Shown: piece after piece, positions 1-11,784 of the stretch | How positions within the stretch are numbered: position 1 is the first letter of the stretch | Layout: every line of letters begins with the position of its first letter | Assembly (NCBI GenBank): GCA_051942245.1 | Contig: JAVECL010000183.1 | Coordinates: 1 to 38,727, forward strand | Reading direction: 5' to 3' | DNA: 38,727 nt | DNA from: Trypethelium eluteriae | Taxonomy: Eukaryota | Notes under the pieces: model-generated | The model's database searches: none | Told to the model about the DNA's origin: nothing | What the model saw: only the letters and a program-made list of their open reading frames with translations | Translations under genes and position numbers: made by a program

Positions 1-1409
1 TCCCGATCCCGCCCCCGGCCCAGCAGTCGGAGTCGCGCTCGCCGTCCCATTCCCACTACTCTCCGTCACGACCCAAACCTCGCCCGTCGAATCCGAGCTC
101 ATGAACAGCCTCCCCTTACTATCCCACGCGAGCCCGACGGGGCGGAAGCACTGATCCGGGCAGTTCGAGTTGTCTGCATTCGTCATGACGTCCACGAGCG
201 CAGTGGAGCTATTGCTGGGCTCCGTTGGCGAGCCCGTAGCAAAGGAGACAGCGCCTAGCTTGTAGCCCGACGGCTGCGTCCGGTCCCAGCTGCCGTGGAA
301 GGTGACCCAGGCGGTGGTGCCGGCTGGGTTGAAGAGGATGTCGAGGGGCGCCATGTGTGCCTGGAAGGTGAGGCGGGGCGCGACGGTGCCGGAGGCGCAG
401 CTCGCGTCGTTGTTGGTGGAGTTGAGGTCGCCGATGGCGAAGGGGCTGCCGAGTTGGAGACCGGTGTTGTTGGGGATTGCGGAGACGTTCCAGGCGGTGA
501 AGCAGGTCGGGTAGCCAAAGTTGGCGCCTTGTTGTGCGTAGGTGGTACCGTTGAGGTAGCCCAGGAAGTTGAGCTCCTCGCCTGGGTTGTTCTCGTGGAT
601 GTCGACGCCGCTGCGGTTCATCTGGTCGACGGAATTCTCGACGGTGTAGATGCCGCCGGCTAGAGGCTCCTCGTCGACACCAACATCGTTGCGGAGGCCC
701 CAGCCGAGGAGACGGCCGTCGCTGTCGAAGTTGTAGGTATGGGTTTGGTTGAGGAGGTTGAAGGATTTGACTTGACTGTGGCCAGAGGTAATCGCTTCAG
801 CAATAGGATCGATGTTGGCAGTGCTTCCTCTCGTAACAATAAGCGTCCCATTGACTTTCTTGGATAAGAGAAGAGTTCGCGTCGTGTGGTCTGAAGTGCT
901 CATGCCTGTGATGATTGAAGAGTTGGAAGATGTCGTGCTGCCGGTCGAAGGATCATAGGACCAGGCATATACAGCTTCAGGGTTTGACGCATACAAGGTC
1001 CGACCATCCGCTGTCATCTCAATTCCATGGTTGAGCTATTGAAAAAGATTCGTTAGCCGAAGTGTCATTATCATGTGAGAATAAGATGAGAATATACCGA
1101 GCTGTCGACGACAACATCATGGCTGCTGTTGACACTGACGCAACCTCCGCCCCCGTCGTTCAATTGTAGACTTGTCAAGCCATATCCAGATTGCACAACT
1201 AAAAGTCTCCCTTGGGTATCGAACATAATACCACGGGGCTTAGTAAGGTTAGTCGCCACTAATTGCGCCTCGAATCCAGGGGCCAATGAGGGCGCAGGAT
1301 ATGCTGGTTTTAGGGTATTTGAGCATGATGAGCCAGAGCCGTAGCCCTGCGCTGCCACAACGCCTAGAAGTGAAACAAACGAGAATACAAGGTTAAGAGG
1401 TTGGGCCAT
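1..1409 (-). CDS. Secreted PQQ-dependent sugar dehydrogenase-like protein (CAZy AA12 / glucose-sorbosone dehydrogenase beta-propeller); 3' end runs off the window
   Basis: ATG at 1409 with signal peptide (MAQPLNLVFSFVSLLGVVAA). Intron 1097-1036 (GTATAT...GCTAAC...TAG). Exon 2 (1035 to 1) is open and reads LNHGIEMTADGRTLYAS...DHTTRTLLLS...RGSTANID...GWGLRNDVG...VENSVD...NNPGEELN...NFGYP...AHMAPLDI...FHGSWDR...CFRPVGLAWDSKGRLFMSSDSTGE, motifs typical of this fungal family. A Ser/Thr/Gly-rich linker follows. Confidence 0.88.
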
Positions 1410-2145
1410 TGTATCGGATAGTCGGGATAGATCTAGGGAACAATGCTGGCCTGATGTGGTTCAGGTTATCGAGTCTCAGAAGTTTGCGCGCAACTTTCAG
1501 GCAGTTTATCATATGAACCCAACCTTCTTTTGTATCACATAGAAGGTGCGACTCAGGATCAAGTCAATTAGGCTGTCGGCACCTTGAATTCCACGGCGGC
1601 ACAAAGTCATGAACCAGAACTCCTCACCTTTGTTGTCTTGCTGTCTACTTAAGGACCCCTGCTATGAACGGGCCGTTTCCGCAAAACTCATTTCCCCGCG
1701 AGGTTCGGCAAGGATGTCGTCGATGATGCGGAGGCCAGTTGGGACGTTCTATTTCAGGCAATCCGCCTGACGATCAAACAGCCGAAGAACCTCGGTGCGC
1801 GTCAGGAGCTCCTTTGGCGTGTTTTTGAGGAGAGCTTGATGGAAGGGGACGGATGTTTCATCTCTCGCTGAGTCGTTCTGCCTGGGCCTGGTGGGTCGCT
1901 CTCGCCGATGACGACGGGGGCGCCTCCCTTGCCTGGATTTAGTAGGACCCTTCCATCCCCTCGAGGTATACACCTTGCACCCTAGCAAGCCTGGCATCGG
2001 AGCCCGACGGAGTTAAACTTTAAGCTTATATTTGGATTTAGTGGCGCATCTAGCACCGTAGGCATGGTACAGTACAGAGTCACATTCGGGGATCGTGGGA
2101 TATCATGTAATTAGGTATGTATTATCGTGCATTAGTACCAAGCAG

Positions 2146-2166
2146 CCGGGTAATGGCCCGGGTAAT
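2146..2166. promoter_or_regulatory. Tandem CCGGGTAAT pair (Reb1-like motif)
   Basis: CCGGGTAAT at 2146-2154 and 2158-2166, about 740 nt upstream of the AA12 ATG. CCGGGTAA is the yeast Reb1 consensus; a function here is inference. Confidence 0.25.
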
Positions 2167-3176
2167 CGGCGTTGCGTGACGAGATGCTTGTGGCAAGTAG
2201 CTTTACAAGATCTCACTCGTCCTCTGCAATGCCACTAGGCTGCAAGAATCTACTAACTTTCGAATTGGTGGCCTTTAACACGCGTTCGGTACTACAGAGA
2301 GGCGGAGCGGCATATCTCGACCTATCGTACCGAGCGAGCTATGAAAGCTCCAAAGTAGCTGTCGACCGGCGCATTCACATAAATAGTCGAGCAGGTGGAG
2401 AATAACAGGTTTTAGACGATCGCGTTCGAGTCAACGCATTTATGAGCGTCCCAGTAAGGCCCATGCAACGCTATGTGTGTGCAAGCGCGTGTATTTTCGT
2501 GTATGTTCCCCGAGGAAGCCTAAGCCGCTATGCCGAAGGCGGGACAGAGGAGACAGGAGAAAGGGAAACACTTTTAGAACAGAATGATCTTGGTTAAAAC
2601 AGTGGTACAACAGAAGCGACAAAATACAACTTAAAACCCACAAAGGCCAGCCATGTTTGTAGGATGGGCCGGGCATGCCCCCTCTTTCTTTTTGTACAGA
2701 CCCGTAGAAATCCTCTGCTTCGATAGTATGGTTGGAACAGGGAAATCCTAAACCATCTTCTCTACACAAAAAGAAAATTGTAGAGGCTTGAAGCCTGATT
2801 CGCCTTTAGAAAGCAAAATGCCACTGCTGTAGGCATAGCAGATGAACCACGGAGCCAGTGGCAAAGTTGCCTTCTAAAGGCCAGTAGAAAACCCCCCTCA
2901 GTGTGCCGATCCAGATTTATTCCTTCCTATCAGCCCTCGAGAACGCCATTATGACCCTTGGAAAACAGAGAACAAGCAGACACACGATGCCATTAAACGC
3001 TCAAATGCACGAAAGGTGCGGCAGGGCCGGGCAGCTTGGAGTCTGCAGCCGCAATGCAGTGAAGTAGAAGAAATTCTTTATTTAGTGGAGATCTATGACA
3101 TCCATTCGAAGCACTTTTTGGGATGCTGCTAGCTCTTAGAGTTCGGCAGCAGTCGGTCTTCGTTAAATCATGATAT

Positions 3177-6100
3177 TCACATGACTGTCATTAGTCGCAT
3201 CTGCTGTGCGAGGTCGTTCTCCTTATTTTGATAATTTTCATCGGACATTACTGCTTGATCGGAAGTGGAATTGGGAGATCGTCGGGTTTTGGATTTCCGT
3301 CGAGTGGGTGTTGTCGTCTGGGACTCATCACCCGGATCTCGGAAGATATGGGCCAGTGGTGACTCTTCGGGCTTGGGCGAATTCATGGGACTCATGTAGA
3401 GCCCTTCAGCTTCGCGAAGGCCTTCCTTGACCTTACGCATCAACCCATTGACATATGGAACGATGTGTTTCAACGTTGCCGTGTCGAAGGGAACCTTTTT
3501 CGTGGGTTGCTGATCAGAGCCGGTGCCCGCTTTGACCCATCGTTGCTGTAACGCTTCGATGACGGATTTGGCAACTGCTTCAGAGTCCTTACGAGGCCTG
3601 GTACGAGTATGGTGGTCTGTTCTAGGGAAGCTCTCCTCCGCAGCCTCAGTCTTTAAAGCGGACGGCAATTCCCGATTAAAGACGTCGTCTTCTGGTAGAA
3701 TACCTGATCTGCGCTTCCTGCGGCTATTGTTCGGGGCCGGTGGTGCAGGTTCGTCGAAGGCGTCTGCATCGTGACCCGGTGATGATGGCGATGCTCTTTG
3801 TGGGAGCAGAGTGCCATCTTCTTGTTCTTGATCCGCTAACTCTATCATCGCATCAACCTCTTTCCACGTATTAGCGTCTGACCCTTCCATTATGCCCAAT
3901 GATACGGCCCGGACGCGAAGTTCCTTGAGCTCTTCGATGAGTATGCCCCATTCCTTAAGCAGTCCGATATTTGCAAGGACGTTGCTTTGTCGTTCGCGAA
4001 TTGAGTGGGGCACAAACATGGCCATGCCGCTATCTGCCCGGGAATCAATGATTTCGGTAGGGTTCTTCATGTCTACCTCGTCTGGGCCGGTGAAATCAAA
4101 GTCGTCATTCCAGTCTTCCGAAACGCCTTTGCTTCCGACACCCCACGTGCCAAATTTATTCATGACGACTTGTTCTCGCTTGCCGTTGGTATCCGGAACA
4201 ACGGGTACACTCTGACTTCGAGCGTGGACGGCACTTGGTATCCTTCGACCGACTGAGCGGCTGCCTCGAGTTTCTGCGTCTTTTTTACCATGAACCGTAC
4301 GAGGACGTGGTGGATTGTGATTGTCAGGAGTTCGATCTATCGGCTGCTCAGACCAATCAAAAATACTGGGTTTAGCGTCCCGGTCTTGATTCTCATTGAG
4401 TATCTTCTGCGGCGTTGTTGGGGAGGACCCATGGTTAGATGACAGAGTGAGGTTGTGCGAGAAAGCTGGGCCCAGCGTTGCAGAAACAGTCGCTGCGAGT
4501 GTTGGAAGACCTGATACTTTGTCTCCCTCATCGTCGTCAACAGACCACATGCTTTCGTCGTCATTTGGTTGAGGATCCCATTCTAAGGTTCCCAAACTAA
4601 GGGGCCGTGCTTTTTCTGGTGGGGACGAGTGTAGTTCAGGTAGTATAGGAGGTGTGTTACGACGCTGAGTAGACGCAGGTGAATCTGTGTTTTGGCGATC
4701 GATGGGCATGACCGTGTGAACGGGTGTGGAAATGCTTTCCTCTTCTTCCTTGATTGTCGGTCGCATGTGAGGATCTTGTTCTTGGAAAGTTCCTTTTGGT
4801 AGCAGATCTCGTAGAGCATGGACTTTGAACGTGTTAGGCAGCGGTGGAGGAGATTCATTGAAAATCGTTTCAAGACGTGGTCCTCGAGCACCTGAACTAC
4901 TTCTGGTGGCACCTGTCCGTACGGAATCATAAGCTGTGTCGCTTTGTCCGTCAAAGTCCTCGTCATCCGGAGAGGCCAGAACACGATTTTCATTGTCAGA
5001 TCCTATCAGCGTAGAGCCTCGATCTGAGGGATCAATTGACTGCCGCGATGAGCGGAGAATATTCGTAGGTGATGGAAGGGATTGCTTCGCAGAAGAAGGT
5101 CGAAGACTTCTTGGTGCACTTGAGATACGCGAAAGGTTGGCACGATTTGAAGAATCTACCAGGATAGAGGGCGTAGACGCGTGTCGAGGACGGCCAGGTC
5201 CAGAGCCAATTTGAAACTTGTGATGCTTGCCAGCGAACGGTTCTGAATGTGAAAGATCTCGACGTTTCGGTGGTGGTTCTATGTCTTCCTTTGGAGTCAC
5301 GCTCACCCAATTACCCATAACGGGAGGATTTGGAGCGGATGACACTCGCTTTCCTGACTTTCGTCGAAGCAGTTTGCTGCGCGACGCTTTTGAAGAGTGC
5401 GGGAGTTTGAAGAGCTGTGGCGGGGTGGGCATGAAGTCCCCTAGGGAGAAGGAGCGTCGTTGTCGAGCGCTGTCGTCCGTCGGAGTAGAGCTGGCAGGTG
5501 CCATGTTGAGAGGTGAAGATGTGAACGAGACCACGCCTGCCGGTGTTACTGGTCTGCTTCCGAAAAACACACTGTCACCATCTTGGCTAAGGGTCTCGTC
5601 TATGTCCAAGGAAGAAGACTGAATCGTCTTGGCTAGGATCAATGTAGGGTGATATTTTTCGTCTGGAATAACCCTGCGGATGTTTCTACCCTCGTCTGAC
5701 CGATGCCGCTTCTTGGAATCAGAGTCCTTTATCGTCTTTGCACCAAAGAAATGACGCCACTTAACATGAGATTCCTGCGCATTTGGAGGTTTGAAGAATT
5801 CTTGAGCTCCATCGTCCGATCCTATTTCCCAGAGACCAGGGTCGTGCTGAAGAGTTGCGGAACGCTGGTGACTGGTAGCAGGCCGCCTTAAGGTCGGTAC
5901 CTTGGAACCGGTTGGTCTCAGAGCAGGATCTCGGAAAGAGGCAGATCGTTTGACCAATTTGTTTGGTGGCAGCGATTGTGGGGCACCATTGCTAAGCATT
6001 GGTGCTGTTGAGCCAGCATTAGAAAAGGCGGTAGACCCATTAGAGAAAATGGATGGCGAAGCCGGCCTTGGGCTTGATGTTGGCGAGGATTCGTGAGACG

Positions 6101-6508
6101 AGGACACACTTGATAATCGTTTCAACCATGAAGGTCGGGACCTTATGGTGGCCTTGGGATCAAGCTTGTCCATATTACTCTCGTTGAACGATTGTAGCTC
6201 CGAGTCCACTCTAAGCGATTGCCTCGTCGACGGCTCGATATTGGAGCTCCGCCTCGATCTGTCTGAAGCTGTTCGGATCTGCTGACCTCTTCGGCTGGAG
6301 GGCCGTAGAACTTGTTTCGACAAGCCATACGACGAATCCGGTCGGGAAGATGGGGTGTTTTGAGCAAGGGATGTCAACGGCATTTCGTCACGCCTTCGAT
6401 CATCGGCGGTCGACAATTTTCTTTTGGCACTCGATGGTCGGGGGACAGGCAAAGAAGATTCGGGACGACCGAGAGCGTAGCCCACGGCGGAGACACCAAC
6501 GATAGTGC
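3177..6508 (-). CDS. Large Ser/Pro/Arg-rich, mostly disordered fungal hypothetical protein (~1100 aa); 5' end unresolved
   Basis: Uninterrupted 3.3-kb ORF with ordered-looking C-terminal blocks (IFDWSEQ, PRPRTVHGKK, RSQSVPVVPD, KFGTWGVGSKGVSEDWNDDFDF, helical LLKEWGILIEELKELR). The track start at 6485 is GTG. The frame extends to a candidate CAG acceptor at 6511-6509, and the first in-frame ATG is at 6383. Confidence 0.85.
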
Positions 6509-8621
6509 CTGTTGCACAAAGCTGTCACACAAACGGGAGCATGTCAGTGAGGGATTCTGCAAGAAGCCAATTGCAAAAACAAGAGCATGGGGCAGATCAG
6601 ATAAGCAGCTGAGAGCAGCAAGCACCGTGTACGCAGAAGGGATCACGTTGAGACCAGCAAACACACGCATTTGCAGTGAAGAGAGGGTTGGAAGAGACGG
6701 GGCATGGTACCGTTGGGACCGTTTTCATCCTGGTCGGGACTCTTGAGAAGCCGCAGCTACTGCAGGCGGAGGGAGAGAGGGAGGGTCATGAGAGGGGTCC
6801 CAATGGCCGTGATCATGACCATTGTGTGGTGGTCGAGAAAAGGACCGTCCCGCTGGCGTTCGGCGTATCCACGCGAAGATGGTGGAACAGTCAGTCAATA
6901 GTGGAGAGAGAAGACGCTGAGTCTGCAGAGAACAAAACAAGCAGCAAGCTGAGGAAAGGCGCTAGAGCCACGGTTCGCCGCCACAGAGCGCGGCTCGCAA
7001 GAACCGTCCCTGAGAGTGAGAGAGGGCGACGGGGTCGAAGGTTTGGCTAGGAGGGATGGCGTTAGGAGCAGCAGCTGAGGTTGTGGATGAAGCGAGTCTG
7101 CCGGCCAGGGCAGGCCAAGACCAGCAGCATAATAATTAAAACGTCACATAAGAGCGCCGCCCTAGAAAACTAACTGAGAATTACGACTGCACTGCGTTCT
7201 CTCATGTACCGCGCAATCGTCACGGCTCATCCTACAGATTCTCGCTACGTGCAGTTTACGTGCAGTCTACCTAATATTCTACCCATTGCGGACCCATCCC
7301 TCCCTCTGTTGTTGGAGCTCGCTCGTGAATCCTTCTTCCCACCACCTTACTGTTGTGCTACTCCCCTCTCCACGCCCGCAACCGCATCCTCTTCTGGGCG
7401 ATCGGCCCTGCTGGTGACCGCGGTGTGCCTGAAGGGGCAAGTGAGCAGTTTCGTCGCCGCAGCCTCGCAAGCTCTGACAGCAACGACACGGCTCGGGACT
7501 TTCCTCGCAGCCAAGCAGAGCTATGACTGGATTGCAGTGGAGTGATTTGAATGACAAAGAGCGGAACACTTGCTTTCTCCAGCTCCACTGGATCCTCAGG
7601 CAGAAGCCAGCATTGCCCGGGTACGGACGTGCACAGAAGGGCATCACTTTGCCAGATCTGGCATTGCTTCTGGCACTGCGACAAAAAGCATCAACCCGGC
7701 GGATGCCCAAGCCCAATCACGGCGGGCTCTGTCGCTGCCATCGGAAAACTGGAGACGCGAGAGACGAGCAGATGCTGGTCAGTCCAGCGAGGGGGAGCAA
7801 ACTTGGGGCCAAGCACGGCACGCGGTGGCGCCATAGCGTAGCGATAAACAAAGGACATTATTGCTCCATAGCTTGTCCCTGATACGTACTGGTGACTTAG
7901 TTACCACTCTCCACCCGCCCGCACACAAGCTGTCTGACAGTCTTCCGCGTGTCCGAGAGTGAGTGGGCGGGTACGAGTTAGGGGAGGTGTATACAGAGCC
8001 TGAGAGCCCGAATTCAATGGAAAGCAAGCGGCGAGAGGAAAGCAAGGGGGAGCCTGTGTGAGGCCGGTCGAGCTCCAGATCGCCCGCTGCGTAGTATAGG
8101 GCTGGGTTTGCCCCTGCACGCAAGCGCCGTCATCTCCAATGCGAGCGAGTGGAAGAGATGAGGAGGCAACGCGAATCACCGGTCGCAGCCATGGCAAAAT
8201 CCTGAACCCGTAGCGCGTCGCTGACGCAAGGAGGCGATGGACTGCTCACGCTTCACTCTTTACCGCTTCCTCGGCTGTTGGGCCTCTCACCTCAGGATCT
8301 GCCTTTCTAGCATTAAAATAGAGCAAGCGATTGAGATCTGACACGCGGGGCACAGCTGCTGCTGGTTACAGGTCCGCCATTCTGCCAGTGGTAGTAGCAG
8401 TAGTAGTATCATGCTTCGAGGGTGACAGCTCGGTGGTACACTGCAGGGACGGACGTCAGCAGTAGGCGTTGTGCGCACATTGATCTCTCTGCAACACAAT
8501 TGCGTAAGAGAATGAGAGATTGTACTCTTCCTTTATTTTTCTGTGGGCGTTTCCGATATCGTCTCTATCACCGCTTTTAGGCATCCGGATGAAGGCCCGC
8601 GCGCGTTTGGCCTCCTTAGGC

Positions 8622-8645
8622 CCCACCACGCCCACCACGCCCACC
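8622..8645. repeat. Short tandem repeat (CCCACCACG) x2.7 just upstream of GCN20
   Basis: cccaccacg cccaccacg cccacc, ending ~75 nt before the GCN20 ATG. Confidence 0.5.
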
Positions 8646-8718
8646 TAAACTCGCGGGGCTGACCCGCGAGTCTAATTCGCCCCTTGCTCAGACACGCAAC
8701 TAACCTTAAGACGTCGAC

Positions 8719-11152
8719 ATGGAAGCTGAAATCAGAGCACAAATCCCTAACATCGATCCACTGTTGTCAAATTATGCCACAGGTTACTTGACGCATGCTT
8801 CAAACGCCTTCACGCCTGATGCCGATCCCACGGCTCCTTCCCCGCTGTCCGAGGCTTCAGAGACGGTGACGGCTTTGCTCGTCTCTGCATCCGGAGACCA
8901 GTCAGCCCAGAACGAGGTTGCAATCCACGATCTCGTGCAGAAATTCATTTCTCGGTTGAACGACCGGAATGGCGTCGATGGTGAAAGACGGCAGCTGGCC
9001 CCATCGGCCAAGAAATTAGCCCAAACCATCCACGTCGGCTCTCAGCGTAATATTTCGTCTACCTTGGGATTAACTGGCGGGAATGTCGACCTGGAGTCTG
9101 CAAACTCACGAAAGGTAGAGTCAAAGGTAGATCGGAAGAAGCTTGAAAAGGCAGAGCGAAAACTCAAGGCCAAACAAGACCGAAAAGAATTCAAAAATGT
9201 CGAGTACGAGGCATCCAGGCTGCTTGACCAACCGAGTGAGACGCAATCCTATGAAGAGTTTTTCATGGCAGTGAACCCTCTCCAGTTGGGCTCAGACGCA
9301 CAATCCAAGAGCAAAGACATCAAAGTCGATGGCATTGATGTCTCAATTGGTGGTAAACGCATTCTCAGTGACACCAGCCTCACACTTGCGTACGGCCGGC
9401 GTTATGGTCTCGTAGGCCAGAACGGTATCGGTAAAAGTACATTGCTTCGTGCATTGAGCCGAAGAGAAGTCTCTATTCCGACTCACATCTCTATTCTTCA
9501 CGTTGAGCAGGAGGTGCGGACACCGCCTTTCCCTTCCCTGATCGATTTTCCCTTCGGTGCGTTGCAACTGACCCTGTCCAGATAACGGGTGACGACACTC
9601 CTGCGCTACAAGCAGTCTTGGATGCGGATGTGTGGCGGAAACATCTGCTTAAAGAGCAAGCGGTCAGTTTCACTCCCAGTCGGCACCCAGATCAATGTCT
9701 CATGTCATCCAGAAAATCAGTCAAGAGCTAGCTGAAATTGAGCGAGAGCGGTCATCTATGGCAGACACGTCAGCAGATGCAATTTCCCTTGACAAGCATC
9801 GCGAAGGATTGGACACGACCTTAGGTGATATCCAAGGAAAGCTCGCAGAGATGGAATCCGACAAAGCCGAATCACGGGCGGCAAGCATTCTTGCAGGTCT
9901 CGGCTTTTCCACCGAAAGACAGCAGTTCGCTACCAAGACCTTCTCCGGAGGATGGAGGATGAGGCTCGCATTAGCACGTGCACTGTTTTGCGAGCCTGAC
10001 CTCTTACTACTGGACGGTAGGTTTCTTAGATGTTAGGGAGACTACGCGAGGAATACTAATAACTTTCTAGAACCGTCAAACATGTTGGATGTCCCTTCCA
10101 TCACCTTCTTGTCGAATTACCTCCAGACCTATCCCAGTACCGTTCTTGTCGTCTCCCACGACCGAGCCTTCCTCAATGAAGTCGCCACCGATATTGTTCA
10201 TCAGCATTCCGAAAGACTAGACTACTACAAAGGTGCCAATTTTGATTCCTTTTATGCAACGAAAGAAGAGCGTCGCAAGACCGCCAAGCGCGAATATGAA
10301 AACCAAATGGCGCAGCGGGCACATTTACAAGCCTTCATCGATAAATTCCGATACAATGCCGCCAAATCCTCTGAGGCTCAATCGCGTATCAAGAAACTGG
10401 AGAAGATGCCTGTTCTTGAGGCTCCAGAGGCAGAATACTCTGTTCACTTCAAATTCCCTGAAGTGGAGAAACTATCACCCCCCATCATCCAAATGAGCGG
10501 GGTCAATTTCGGTTACACTGCTGACAAGCCTCTGCTCAGCAACGTTGACCTTGATGTGCAGCTTGATTCTCGAATCGGCATTGTTGGGCCCAATGGTGCG
10601 GGAAAGACGACGATTCTGAAACTTCTCATTGGTGCCTTACAACCAAGCAAGGGTCTTGTATCGTCGAATCCTCGATTGAGAATGGGATTCTTTGCACAAC
10701 ATCACGTAGATGCGCTCGACATGAACGACTCCCCCGTCGGTTTCATGGCTAAGCAATATCCCGGCAGGTCTGATGAAGAGTATCGCCGCCATCTTGGTGC
10801 TTTTGGAATTACTGGGATGACAGGCCTACAAAAAATGGCGCTGCTATCAGGAGGCCAGAAGTCACGTGTCGCTTTTGCCTGTTTGTCCCTGACGAATCCC
10901 CATGTCCTTGTTCTCGATGAACCTAGCAATCATCTGGACATTGAAGCAATGGACGCACTTAGTACGGCACTGAAGGAATTCCAGGGAGGAGTGTTGATGG
11001 TCAGTCACGACGTGACAATGCTGCAGAACGTGTGCACAAGTTTATGGGTCTGTGATCATGGCATGATTGAGCACTTTGGTGGGACAGTCAAGGATTACAA
11101 GAAGAGAATCAGTGCCCAGGCAAATGAGGTGGGCGTAGTACAAGCTCAGTGA
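8719..11152 (+). CDS. GCN20: ABC-F ATPase Gcn20 (ABCF3), Gcn1 partner and positive regulator of Gcn2; 753 aa
   Basis: Exons 8719-9513, 9582-9662, 9713-10016 and 10071-11152 join in frame (754 codons). Two ABC domains with no TM segments: [55 protein letters not shown]. The ~200-aa N-terminal extension is typical of Gcn20. Confidence 0.95.
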
Positions 11153-11784
11153 TCCGAGAAACCAAGACATATTATATGCGTGTGACGAGATAACAAAAAT
11201 TCTCCCGAAATTTGTACGTAGCTGTGATGATATCTCTAGGTACTAAGTGGTAAGTAGAAGCGGTTCAAACGGAAGCAGTACTGTGATCAAATCCTATTTG
11301 TTTGCAATACGAAGGGGGTCAGGATTATCGGATGACCTACACCTCCAACACACAAGTAACCCCTGGAAATCGAGTAAAAAGGAAAGGTACAGATGACGGG
11401 CGTCAAAAGTCAAAATCAAGCTTTGCAGCAGGATGATGATGATGGATGATAGACGCATGGGATCTGGTGATGGTGTGGTGCATAGAAAAACATAGCGAAG
11501 CTTGCTTTTGATGGACTAGCCGCTTCAGGAATAGCTGACAGGGGAAGGGCGGACCACTCCGAATAACTCCAAACATCATCCATCCCCGGATCACTACTAC
11601 CTTTGTCTGCAACTCATCCCATCCCCGCTCGAATACTCCTGCCATGCTGTGATTCTATGCCAGTGCTTCACGGTCTTTCAATTCCTTCCTAATTGATCCA
11701 TCTCTGTGTGGCGACCACGTTCCACGCATCCTCTTCCCCTTTTATCTCTCCCGTCGAAGCAATCACGTTCCAAACACCACCACC

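Noticed and set aside
255..851. Several overlapping ORFs in the track (255-518, 295-663, 302-514, 660-851)
   Set aside because: Off-frame or antisense shadows of the GC-rich AA12 exon 2, which the track misses because it has no stop within the window.
7204..8742. Many 70-145 aa ORFs in the divergent intergenic region before GCN20
   Set aside because: Mutually overlapping on both strands, no recognisable motifs, Cys/Arg/Trp-rich composition typical of non-coding GC-rich DNA.
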